In this document: in pieces, positions 36,662-46,244 of the stretch
How positions within the stretch are numbered: position 1 is the stretch's first letter
Layout: every line of letters begins with the position of its first letter
Source: Rhizodiscina lignyota
Lineage: Eukaryota
Reading direction: 5' to 3'
Assembly (NCBI GenBank): GCA_010015805.1
Contig: ML978121.1
Coordinates: 2,666,001 to 2,730,000 of the forward strand
Length of the DNA: 64,000 nucleotides
Translations under genes and position numbers: made by a program
The notes under the pieces: generated by a model
Told to the model about the DNA's origin: nothing
Database searches by the model: none
Seen by the model: the letters and a program-made list of their open reading frames with translations, nothing else

Positions 36662-37039
36662 CCCGAGTTACCGCAAGCTCGTTCGCCGAGCTGGTGGTGA
36701 CTCAGCAAGTTCCTACTACTTTCTCCACACCTGCCTCTCAACCATCTTCTTCGTTCCATAGAAATCATTTATGGGTTCTTGGCCGCGATGTGATGCTTCA
36801 GTGCTACCCTCGTGATTAAGCAGTGACGTCCTTCGTTCCGTTAAGCGGCGATTGCGACATGGACGGGCGGAAGATGGCGGTAGATTGAGGATGGGTAGGT
36901 TTGGATATAAATGGAGAGGGGGAGATTTTCTTTCATTCATTGCAAATCAATTCAAATCGTGAGCTAAGTCACGTTATAATCGTCTCAATCGTCTCTCTCA
37001 TCCTCAACTTGTAATCTCGTCTTTCGCAGGATACCAACC

Positions 37040-38047
37040 ATGGCTCTTCCAAAGGTCCAAAAGGCAGTCTTCCACGACCTCAAAAACAACAATCTCTCCA
37101 TCATCTACGATTCTCCAGTCCCAGCACCGGACTTCAGGAAGCGCCAACACCTCGTCCACGTGATGACGACCTCTCCTTGCAACAATGAACTTACTTGGCC
37201 GATCAACTACCCGCACCACATGGATGCCGACCGCATCCCAATCCCATGCAATGACATGGCCGGAGTAGTCGTTGAAGCGCCCGAGGACTCTTCATTCCAA
37301 CCGGGTACTGCTGTATTCTGCCGAACGACTGCTGCAAGGACGGGAGATGCCAGAGAATACACGATTGCAATAGAAAGCGAGCTCGCGAAGAAGCCGGACT
37401 CCTTGGGATGGGACGAGGCTTGCGCTATGCCGCTCTCCGCTGAGACGGCGTGGCAATGTCTTTTTGACAAGAGTGGATTGGCTGTTCCTGGGAGTCCGCA
37501 TGTTGACGAAAATAAAGCCAAGCGCGTCCTGATCACAGGAGCATCGGGGAGCGTTGGCATGTGGGTCGTCCAGCTTGCAAAGGTGGCGGGAGTCGGCCAG
37601 ATCGTCGGCCTCGCCGGGGCTAACAGTGTGGGTTTTGTGAAGAGCTTAGGTGCTAATGAGGTCGTTGACTACAAAGCTATCAATCTCTCCACCTGGGGCG
37701 AGAGCGAAGGTGGCAAGAACAAGGTGGATCTTGTATTCGACTGTGTTGGAGGAAAGGCGCTGGGCAATTGCTGGAGCTGCGTTAAGGAGGGAGGTGTGCT
37801 GATAAGCGTCACTGATGTTCCGGAGACGTTCAAGCCGAAGGATTTCGTAGGGAACGTGACGAACTTCTTTTTCATCATGGTCTCGGATGGAAAGCAGCTG
37901 GAGAAAATTGCGGAATTGGTCGAGAAGGGTCTATGCAAGCCGTTCGTGGATAGCGTTTGGAACTTTGAGCAGTTTCAGAAGGCATTTGACCGCGTGGAGC
38001 TGAAGTCAGGATTGAAAGGAAAAGTAATCATTAAAGTTGAGGAGTAA
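37040..38047 (+). CDS. MDR-superfamily NAD(P)H oxidoreductase (quinone reductase/ADH-like)
   Basis: IPCNDMAGVV, AMPLSAETAWQ, VLITGASGSVG, VDLVFDCVGG, GKVII; intronless. Confidence 0.92.
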   Translation: MALPKVQKAVFHDLKNNNLSIIYDSPVPAPDFRKRQHLVHVMTTSPCNNELTWPINYPHHMDADRIPIPCNDMAGVVVEAPEDSSFQPGTAVFCRTTAARTGDAREYTIAIESELAKKPDSLGWDEACAMPLSAETAWQCLFDKSGLAVPGSPHVDENKAKRVLITGASGSVGMWVVQLAKVAGVGQIVGLAGANSVGFVKSLGANEVVDYKAINLSTWGESEGGKNKVDLVFDCVGGKALGNCWSCVKEGGVLISVTDVPETFKPKDFVGNVTNFFFIMVSDGKQLEKIAELVEKGLCKPFVDSVWNFEQFQKAFDRVELKSGLKGKVIIKVEE

Positions 38048-38123
38048 CTGCTTCCCCTCGAATGTAGTGGCATCTAATAGAAGCTTTGAAGCTATTATCC
38101 TACGAGCGACTTCTGTTGGGTAC

Positions 38124-38358
38124 CACGAGGGTGACAAAATAGTGATATCCAATAAAGTTTGAATACATCTAGCAGAAGCGAGGTTTCTTCTTCAATGCTG
38201 GTAGGAGCATTTCTAAAAGGTTAATTAAATATATACTAGAGCTTATTTATCTAAAACACTTAACCTTAGGGTGTATAACGTACGTTAGTTATCGAGTATA
38301 TCCATCCTGGCGGTTCTATATATTACAGCCACGACTCAACTATTTTGTCACCCACTTG
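38124..38358. mobile_element. MITE copy 2 (235 bp), same family and orientation as copy 1
   Basis: CACGAGGGTGACAAAATAGT ... CAACTATTTTGTCACCCACTTG; shares internal blocks with copy 1 (GAGCATyTCTAAAA, ATACTAGAG, CGGTTC.ATATATTACAGCC); flanked by direct repeat GGTAC. Confidence 0.85.
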
Positions 38359-38479
38359 GGTACCCACACCACCAAAGTTTAGGTGCTAGTGCCCCTGCGG
38401 CCGGTACCGAGGACTTTGCCAAGAGAGCCGTCCCTGACAACACCAAAGCCAAAATCAACGTCCAGTCTATTCATCAATT

Positions 38480-38912
38480 GATTGGTTCTTAACTTTTTTA
38501 CTAAGTGTCCGTTAGGGTTTAATTAGTATATCTGGCCGATAGCGTGCGAGCAGAGCGAATGGTGATGCAATTATGCCTTGCAGCTCTTTAATTAGCTCTT
38601 ACCTTCGTATTAAGTACCCATTATGTCTTAATTGATGCATTTAGCCTGGAGGCATGCATGTAACGTGAAGGGTGATTCAATTATGCCCTAGAGATCTTTC
38701 ATTAGTTCTGACCTTCCTGCTAAGTATCCGTTATCTCTTAATTAACTTATCTGGCCAGTGGACATGTTGGTAGGGTAAAGTGTGATTCAATTATCCCCTG
38801 GAACTCTGTTATTACTTCTGACCTTCTCACGAAGCGTTCACTATGTCTTAATTAATATATCTATCCCGTCCCGGTATGGGTGGCGCGAAGGGTCATTTAA
38901 TTATGGCCTGGA
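38480..38912. repeat. degenerate tandem array with a 110-bp period (~4 units)
   Basis: GTGATKCAATTAT-like motif at 38562, 38672, 38782 and 38892; CTTAATT at 38627, 38737 and 38847; a partial unit begins at ~38480. Confidence 0.9.
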
Positions 38913-39075
38913 GGCCCTGTAAACAAGCGAGAGCATCGGGGAAAGCTTAGAGAAGTGCAAAAGAGGCGAACCAGGGTACCGAGCCCTGGCATTTGAATGC
39001 CAATTTGTATGTCTATGAACAGAAAGTCTGGAGTCACCACGCTGCTCCGCAGCCAAGTTTTTATCCGCCGCCGCT

Positions 39076-39396
39076 CTACAGCATGCCTAGTTGGAGGCCA
39101 TGCGCTTCCTCACCAAGCCAATTGAGCATCTCCTGGTTCAAGATGAGGCCCACGTGGCCCACCGTCGCGTTGAACGCCTCAACCCCCTCCTCATTTCCCA
39201 CCGTCGCACCGCCAAGCTCATCCACGTCGTCATCGCCATCTTCCTCCTCTTCAACCTCCTCCTCGACCTCCTCCTCGACCTCCTCCTCCTGCACGAGCGC
39301 GAAGAGGGCGAGATGCTCCATTTCATCGTCCTTGAGGGCCTTCTGCGCCTTCTTCCAATCCTTGAGAACTGGTGCGGCGGAGGTGCGTGGAGACAT
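39076..39396 (-). CDS. acidic orphan protein (106 aa) with an EEEV repeat
   Basis: ATG ORF, GC3-rich codons, poly-Glu/Asp core; no family recognised. Confidence 0.5.
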   Translation of the reverse strand: MSPRTSAAPVLKDWKKAQKALKDDEMEHLALFALVQEEEVEEEVEEEVEEEEDGDDDVDELGGATVGNEEGVEAFNATVGHVGLILNQEMLNWLGEEAHGLQLGML

Positions 39397-39401
39397 GATT
39401 A

Positions 39402-39480
39402 GAGTATGAAAGGTTTTGTGAAAGGGTTTTGACTATGACAGTTTTTGAGTATGATAGCTTCAGAGTATGACAGTTTTAGA
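39402..39480. repeat. 16-bp minisatellite (GAGTATGACAGTTTTW-like)
   Basis: Units at 39431, 39447 and 39463, plus a related copy at 39402. Confidence 0.75.
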
Positions 39481-39554
39481 GGATTCTGAAGAGAAGAAAG
39501 TGGAATGTCTGGCAAAGATGTAAAGGTGATATGTTTATTAGCGCGATTTCACAC

Positions 39555-39594
39555 CTATTATTCTATTGTACTATTGTCCTATTGTCCTATTGTC
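39555..39594. repeat. 8-bp tandem repeat (CTATTGTC) x5
   Basis: CTATT at 39555, 39563, 39571, 39579 and 39587. Confidence 0.85.
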
Positions 39595-39599
39595 TCGTC

Positions 39600-39960
39600 C
39601 CATTGTACCATTTATTGTAGTACGTAGCTCTGGCTCGTAGGATTCCGAGATAGCAATGTGATGGGAAAGCCACCATTCGAACATGGTCTGCATCGTGTCG
39701 ATGTGTATTTCCTGGAAGCCATAGCCTGCGATGGACGTGTTGAAAACTTCGTCATGAACGTTTCGTTTCACCAACATCACTGCTTGACTTCTGTCAACGA
39801 CCTTGAACTCATGTGTGTCGATGTTGCCGCTGCCATTGTCGGCACGGAGGGTCTTAATAATTTCGTATGAATTGTTCAATAGAATACTGACGCCTCCTGC
39901 AGTGCTCCCGGTGGCCGCGCAGGTCGCCTGAATGTAGGTCCAGTGTGGTTCGCCAATGCA
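39600..39960 (-). pseudogene. internal fragment of a fungal arylsulfotransferase (ASST)-like gene
   Basis: ILLNNSYEII..IDTHEFKVV..FQEIHIDTMQTMFEW..HH resembles ASST D.HEF / FQEID..LFEW; no signal peptide, ATG start or C-terminal half. Confidence 0.6.
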
Positions 39961-40125
39961 GGTGGCGGGCGGACCGGCATAACTTTTAACTGTCTTTGAA
40001 CTCCGAAGGCTGGAAGAATGGATAATCCGATGCCTAATCCCGGCCCATGTCACGTGCACCTACTATATCCGCGTCTGCATCTTAACCTTTGAGATGGAGC
40101 TTCCTTCGCGGCTTCAATCAAGATA

Positions 40126-40703
40126 ATGTTCGGTCCCTTCCGTCCAACCTTCTCCCTCTTCGGAGGTCTCCTCTGGTATGCCATGTTCTCCTCCCAGTTC
40201 TCAACTCGTCCTCCCGCTCTTCCACTACTTCCATCTCACCCGATCGCATCTTATCCACATGCTAACCTTCCACAGGAAGCGCCCATGGCGCATGTCCCGA
40301 CCCCAGAAGTACCGGCTCCGCCAACGCTTACGCCGCGTCGATAGCATCGTCGCGACCGTCGACGCCGCATTGTCGAAGAAGGGGCTCACAACGCGCAGTC
40401 TGGAGAGATGGAAGGCAGAGATGCCGACGGAGGAGGAGATGCGGCCGAAGGACAAGTACACGATGTTTGATCGGAAGGTGAAGGGGTATCGGAAAGGAGT
40501 GCACAGTATGTTTGCCTCTATCTCTCATTTTGGCTTCGGCTTGGGCGCAAAAATTTGGATGGCAGAGGTGGAGCTGGGTTCAAAGAGCGATTGATCTGGC
40601 AGAGGGAGGAATTGCTATTGGAGAGATACAACGGCTAACAAACATCACAGAACTACCAAAGTGGACGAGAATATCGCAACGACTCAATCCGCCCGGTTAT
40701 TGA
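40126..40703 (+). CDS. MRPL31: mitochondrial large-subunit ribosomal protein L31 (mL60), 3 exons
   Basis: Introns 40176-40275 and 40506-40650; GGLLWKRPWRMSRPQKYRLRQRLRRVD..MPTEEEMRPKDKYTMFDRK..HKLPKWTRISQRLNPPGY*. Confidence 0.93.
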
Positions 40704-41036
40704 GGATAAAAATATGGATTTAGCATTTCTGGGCGCACATGGCACAATGTCTGTACAATACCGGGTTCGAGGGTCACTCGATTTATACCGTTCAGCATTC
40801 AAATGTCTGGGTCTAATTTTCAGAGGAGATATGATCTCGATTGGACAATTTCATGTACAAAACTGCCAGTCTATGAGTAGAGCGACTTGCTCAGCTTATC
40901 CGACCATGCTTCTTTGTTCCAATCCTACCTTTGTGGCATATTGGGTGGCCATTTTCCTAACCCAACGCCTGCAAATGCTAATATCGTCGCATCAACCCGC
41001 AAACTCCTATACGCCCTTCGATTCAATTCGCATCGC

Positions 41037-44000
41037 CTAAGCACCCGCTCTCGCCGTTCCAGGTGCATGAGAGGCGGTAGCATTCGTACTCCTCCTCTCC
41101 CCAAAATTGTGCAGCCTCTCTCCAATGAGGTACACCTCGTCCCTAATCCTGCCCCTCCACCTATCCATCTTCCGGCCCAAAACCATAACAAGCCAGCCCA
41201 GCATTGCCGCACCCGCCGTCGCAGGATATTGCATCCTGAATAGCAGCGTGCTAATGCCTTCATCCGCCCCCCTGAAAAGCGTTGAATTGAGCACTACGCC
41301 AAAGGCCAAGGGTGCGAATAGCAAAAATGAGAAGATGAGTGCAGACGGCAGTATGAAGTAACGCGTCGCAAGCTTGGCGGATGGGTCAAGATAACCTCCT
41401 TCCGCCGTGACGGCACGGGCGGCACGTGCGAGGACTGAGTCTCGGTCGTACATGACGATGCGAGTAGCAATGCGGACATAGAGGACGCCAAGTGTCCAAT
41501 CTTGGACTAGATGAATCGTGTGTTCTGCAACCGTGGTGTTCGCAGCAGTAGCAGTTAATGCTGTCTCGGCTCCAGGAGTTTGATCTGCGCCCGCGAGAGA
41601 ATGCAGAGGGATGAGAACATAAAGTTCCAGGATGGTCGAGAAGACCAGAGGTAGCAACCCGACGAGGCAACCGTAGACATAAACAATACGAGCCGCGCGG
41701 AGGATGTACTTGGTGGTTGTATTAACAGCCCGTCTAAGTAATGAGATGGACCATAACGACGGGTAGAGACGCTGGAGCTTCTGCTTTGACAAAGCGAGGA
41801 CTGGGCGAAGATGAAGGGCGAGGTATAGAAGGCCTCCGAGAGTGTAGATGCCGAGAGAAAAGGCGTAAATGTCGTTTACCCGTTCCTTGTCATCAAATCC
41901 GGTCGATCGGAGGCTGGAGAAGCGCTTGACCATCGATCGTCCCACTAGTAGCGGCACCACAGTGATGCCACATCCCGTCACTGCGGCAAAGAACCAAATA
42001 GTAACCACAAAGGCACTGATGCGTGCACCGAACCAGGGTGGGATGTAGACCATCTTAGTCTGAGTTGAGTCGGCAGCGTGAATGCCTTCGTTGTCGGGCT
42101 TTTTGTCCTTGCGAGTATTGTTCTCGTTGACTTCCACAAAGACTGGCTCACCCTTTGGTATGCGAACCTGATCGCTTGCGGGAGCACGCACGTAACGGCC
42201 ATCCTTTATGAAGTGAACCTCAGGGTGTATATTGTTCACCCACTGGCTGGGTTTTCCATTGACGGGACTCTTTGCGTCAGCTTTGAACCTCAGCAGCCAG
42301 CTGCGCCACGATTTTCTCACATGCCGGCCCTCCTCATCATGTCGTCGTTCGCCAAACAGAAAGTCTGAGAGGCGTAAGAACCTTGCGCATCGTCGGAACC
42401 ACCACTTGTACATCGCATGGAGTCCGTCGCTCGGTTTGGCACTCTTGACAACAATCGGCGTGAAGAAATTGTAGAAGAGGATGTCCAGCGGAAATTCGAT
42501 GCTGCTCCTGCTGCTTGACCAATGCAGTGGTAGCACGCTGCCGAACGCTGCCCATAGGCTCCAAACGACGCCGCCGAGGCAAAGCATGATCAGTGCGCCG
42601 TAGACAATGGCGCTAAACGCAATCTTCCGAAGCTGCGTTGCAACACTGCGCTCCAGGACATCTCGTACCGGATGGAAAGTCGGATCGTCTGGATCGCGAA
42701 TGAAGTACAAAACGCCAGTTCGCATGATCTTGCGGCACATGCTCACAAAGAGCGCGAAGTGGAACATGTAGCACGTGCCGACGAACCAGTGCACAAAGCC
42801 GCTCTTCCAGGGACTTCCGATCGCAAAGATTACTCTGCTAGCGACGCTGGCATTTTCAAACAGCGGCAGTAAAGCGAGATCGAGCAGGAATCCGCAGAAG
42901 AGCGGGAATGCAATCATTTCAATTGAAATGATGAGGATGACCTTGCACACGCCCCCAGCTTGGGTGAGGACATCGATAATCGCTTGCTCCGCTTGGCGAA
43001 TCTTACCCTCCGAGAACAGCGGCGGAGACCAAGAGAGATAGATGCAACCGACGAGTGCGAACGAGAGGTAGCCAATCATGATGGCGAGCGTGCGATCAGT
43101 GGCAGACCAGAAGGCTAGAGATGGATCGAGAGGGGCTACATCGACTGCGTTGGTGAGCGTCGAGTTGTTGACAACCGGACCGGCAGCATGACTCCAGAAG
43201 GACAAATTAATCTTGATGCTACTTAGGTAGCTAACGACAGCCATGATATCATTGGCGAGGTCGTTTAAGAGGAAAGAGATGGCGAGTCGTGCAGCAGATA
43301 GCGGCGATCCGGATATGCCTGAATTGTAGATGTTCGCGGTCGAGTTCCCGAACAACGCAAGTTTCCCGAATAGCTGTGCCTCTATATTCTTCAACGCAGC
43401 GTGAGAGGCGATGCTCGCATGGAGGTAGTCTGCATCAGCAGGCCACTGAGCTCCAAGAGTCATATTACCTAGCCTCTGCCACGCCGGATCCATGATGTTT
43501 CTTGCGGGTTCGATGATCACCTCGAGCGATACGCTTGTCTCCATTCCCATAACAAGCTTGTACAGGAAGGATAGTCCAGCGCCAGAGTAGTATAAGACAC
43601 CTCCAATGAAGAAGAGGACTACATCAGCGATGAATCCTTCCACGGTAGAGATGAAAGTCATTGGGATCTCAAACCACATGGCAAGAGGGCTACCGAGGAA
43701 CAGCAGTATCATCTTTCCCCAGGTATACGGGAACCAGACCGCCGTTGCAACAGTCAGCGAGATTAACACAGCGCTGAAAAGTGCGTTCTGGAAAAGGCCA
43801 GTCAGAGGTCCTTGCATACCAATCAGTTCCAGTATGCCCTCTAGATCCTCTGCGTCGTCAATTGCATCCTGTTCATTGATGTCAATTCCGGCTTGAGCTG
43901 CAGCTGCTGCGACTTCTGGATCCTGGCCCTGATTGAGCGGTTGTGCCGGTGGGAGATCTTGATCTGCTTGCTGAAGCGCTGGTTGAGCATCTTCAAATGG

Positions 44001-46244
44001 GACGAACGGCGCTTCATCTTCGATGTCCTGGACAACGTGCTCATCGTCCGTGTCAATATTGTCGGCGGTAGCGGCAGCGGTGGTGAGATCACCATAGAAG
44101 TACTGTACGAAGCGGTCCACGAGATTATGGGCTTCTGTGGCCGAAACATCGCGATGTGGCGTATCCCGCATTTCGTTCGTCTCTTGTACTGCTGGCGGAG
44201 TATCTACCTGCGTTTCATCCGCTGCTATACCACCTTCCGGGTCAAGCTCTGGTTCGAGATCCGTTTCAGAGGTCGACGGCGTATCTTCATAATTACCAAG
44301 TGAGTATCTGGACCCGGCAATTGACTCGGTACTGGAGATTCTAAGAATTCGGGTTGATTTACCTTTGCGCCACTCACGTCCCCGCCACTCAGGATCGTTT
44401 TCACGGAGAGAAGCTAGAGAGGGAACAGACCAATTTCCAGCCTCTAATGGAACGCCATTGGCCTCCACTCTTTCCGTAGGCTCGCCAAAGGTTTCTGAGT
44501 CACGGGACAGAGACTGACGGTCATCGATCGGAGATTCCCCGCCCTCCAATGATGCCGTAGCCTTCTCCTTCCCCTTCGAAGATGACTGTACAGGGCCTTC
44601 TTGTGGTGTCATATCTTCCTCCCATGAGTCTGGAACACTTTCCCGGGTGCCTACGTCTGCACTACCATCACCCGTTACATTCTCTTCATCCTGTACATGT
44701 GTCAGACTGGGGGCCTGTAGTTGTGAGGATGCATTCTCTTCTTCCTCAAGGTTTCGCTGGATTTCCGTGGCTACAGAAGAGCGTTCCCATGCTGGAATTA
44801 TTCGTCCTGGGGCTGACTGGGACGTGTCATTAGCCACCTGATTGGCAGATTCTGCAAGCCTTTCACGCGCTGAACGGAGCTCGCGTTCTAGGTTGCGAAT
44901 ATGCTCTTTCTGTGACCTTGACCACAAAGTGAGTAGCTGCTTTACTCGCGCAGCTTCGTCTGGGGGCAGCTTAGCAATAATGTCCAGGACTTCTGATACA
45001 CGGCCTTGTCGCACAGCATTGCGGACAGATCCGGGCAGCTGAGCTATCGTTTCCTCTGCGCTTTGCCTCCTTTCGCTGAAAATGTTCGATTCAGCCTGGA
45101 CATCTAATGCTGCATCGCCTGTGGCGTGCTCCTCAGCGACAACTTCAAGTCCAGTGTCAACCGGGTGCTCAACATTTTCAGCTTGGCCTTCGTTGGCATC
45201 TTCGGCATCATGGGGAGCGTCCTCTTGGGCATCCGGGGCGTTGTTGATATTTCCGACTTGCAAGTTAATTATTGGCTGTTGCTGAACGACCCATTCCCGA
45301 ATCAGAAACACCAGGATAAACGCGACGACGACTGAGAGAGTAATCAGAAGTCCCTCCAGAACATCAACGACTACTCTATTGAACGCAGGTGATGATGTTA
45401 ATGTCTGGAATATATGGACGTCCGAAAGAAGGGAGTCATAACGTCTGGATATGAGCTCCGCCGCGGCGCTCGTTCTATTATCCGTCGGCTTAAATGGGCC
45501 AGGCTGAATGCTCAATCTGAACAGTTTTTTGACTAGCGAGAAGAGGACTGGTTCTGCAGCGCTCATATTGAGTGTTTGTGAGACGGGCTGCAAGATTGAA
45601 GAGAAAGGTAACGCCATGCTTGGGTTGGCAGAAAGAGCAGTGCTGGCTTGATCGGCAGCGAGTGACCCGTTCGCCAGTGAGATTCCAGTCTCTTCGAGTC
45701 TGCTTGCAAGTTGATGTATATGGCGGTCTCTAGCCCAGCCTCCATCAGCGAACCAGAACATCGTCCGCCAAACCATTCTCATGGCGAAAGGTAACAGGAT
45801 CAGCCAAACTGTTCCCACCAACGTAGCTCTTGTCAGTGCTCCCAGCCGTCCCAGAGTGTGCATAAAGGCCTTCCTCATGAACACGGTTGTTGGGAGCTTG
45901 CGTGGCATATTTGGGTGGTAGAGCTTCGTGAAACGGAAGGGCGTCTTGCACAGCTCGCAGTACTTCTTCTGAGAATGTGACAACCACTCCATCAGGCAGT
46001 CTTGATGGACGTATTTTATGGATCCAGAGCATTTGCAGGGATAGAAGAGAGCTTCGGTCGGTGTGGATTCGCCACGACATATCCGACAGGTGTCGACATC
46101 TTCGCTAGGTTTGACGACTACTGAAGAACGTCTACGACTGGGAGATGATGGGGAGGCCGCGGAGCCGGGTGTTATCGCCTGCGGTACGAAATTTGCGGAG
46201 AAGGGGTTGTGGGAGGATTCTGTCGGAGAGAGAGGGCCGTCCAT
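41037..46244 (-). CDS. DOA10: ERAD RING-CH E3 ubiquitin ligase Doa10/Ssm4 (MARCH6), 1735 aa
   Basis: CRICR..YPCKCSGSIKYVHQDCLMEWL..CELC; TD domain HWFVGTCYMFHFALFV..RTGVLYFIRDPDDPTFHP; C-terminal IRDEVYLIGERLHN; first ATG at 46244. Confidence 0.96.
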   Translation of the reverse strand: MDGPLSPTESSHNPFSANFVPQAITPGSAASPSSPSRRRSSVVVKPSEDVDTCRICRGESTPTEALFYPCKCSGSIKYVHQDCLMEWLSHSQKKYCELCKTPFRFTKLYHPNMPRKLPTTVFMRKAFMHTLGRLGALTRATLVGTVWLILLPFAMRMVWRTMFWFADGGWARDRHIHQLASRLEETGISLANGSLAADQASTALSANPSMALPFSSILQPVSQTLNMSAAEPVLFSLVKKLFRLSIQPGPFKPTDNRTSAAAELISRRYDSLLSDVHIFQTLTSSPAFNRVVVDVLEGLLITLSVVVAFILVFLIREWVVQQQPIINLQVGNINNAPDAQEDAPHDAEDANEGQAENVEHPVDTGLEVVAEEHATGDAALDVQAESNIFSERRQSAEETIAQLPGSVRNAVRQGRVSEVLDIIAKLPPDEAARVKQLLTLWSRSQKEHIRNLERELRSARERLAESANQVANDTSQSAPGRIIPAWERSSVATEIQRNLEEEENASSQLQAPSLTHVQDEENVTGDGSADVGTRESVPDSWEEDMTPQEGPVQSSSKGKEKATASLEGGESPIDDRQSLSRDSETFGEPTERVEANGVPLEAGNWSVPSLASLRENDPEWRGREWRKGKSTRILRISSTESIAGSRYSLGNYEDTPSTSETDLEPELDPEGGIAADETQVDTPPAVQETNEMRDTPHRDVSATEAHNLVDRFVQYFYGDLTTAAATADNIDTDDEHVVQDIEDEAPFVPFEDAQPALQQADQDLPPAQPLNQGQDPEVAAAAAQAGIDINEQDAIDDAEDLEGILELIGMQGPLTGLFQNALFSAVLISLTVATAVWFPYTWGKMILLFLGSPLAMWFEIPMTFISTVEGFIADVVLFFIGGVLYYSGAGLSFLYKLVMGMETSVSLEVIIEPARNIMDPAWQRLGNMTLGAQWPADADYLHASIASHAALKNIEAQLFGKLALFGNSTANIYNSGISGSPLSAARLAISFLLNDLANDIMAVVSYLSSIKINLSFWSHAAGPVVNNSTLTNAVDVAPLDPSLAFWSATDRTLAIMIGYLSFALVGCIYLSWSPPLFSEGKIRQAEQAIIDVLTQAGGVCKVILIISIEMIAFPLFCGFLLDLALLPLFENASVASRVIFAIGSPWKSGFVHWFVGTCYMFHFALFVSMCRKIMRTGVLYFIRDPDDPTFHPVRDVLERSVATQLRKIAFSAIVYGALIMLCLGGVVWSLWAAFGSVLPLHWSSSRSSIEFPLDILFYNFFTPIVVKSAKPSDGLHAMYKWWFRRCARFLRLSDFLFGERRHDEEGRHVRKSWRSWLLRFKADAKSPVNGKPSQWVNNIHPEVHFIKDGRYVRAPASDQVRIPKGEPVFVEVNENNTRKDKKPDNEGIHAADSTQTKMVYIPPWFGARISAFVVTIWFFAAVTGCGITVVPLLVGRSMVKRFSSLRSTGFDDKERVNDIYAFSLGIYTLGGLLYLALHLRPVLALSKQKLQRLYPSLWSISLLRRAVNTTTKYILRAARIVYVYGCLVGLLPLVFSTILELYVLIPLHSLAGADQTPGAETALTATAANTTVAEHTIHLVQDWTLGVLYVRIATRIVMYDRDSVLARAARAVTAEGGYLDPSAKLATRYFILPSALIFSFLLFAPLAFGVVLNSTLFRGADEGISTLLFRMQYPATAGAAMLGWLVMVLGRKMDRWRGRIRDEVYLIGERLHNFGERRSTNATASHAPGTARAGA

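Noticed and set aside
38141..38168. Resemblance to a mimp/impala TIR (AATAAAGTTTGAATACA) inside MITE 2
   Set aside because: No matching inverted partner, and it is collinear with the body of MITE 1
38368..38390. Helitron 3' end (hairpin + CTAG|T)
   Set aside because: The hairpin is weak and abuts CTAG without the usual spacer; no 5' end was identified
38480..38912. CRISPR-like repeat-spacer array
   Set aside because: Eukaryotic context, units homologous over most of their length, degenerate repeats and no cas genes
38403..38983. 9-bp direct repeat GGTACCGAG around the 110-bp array as a MULE TSD
   Set aside because: No terminal inverted repeats inside the duplication
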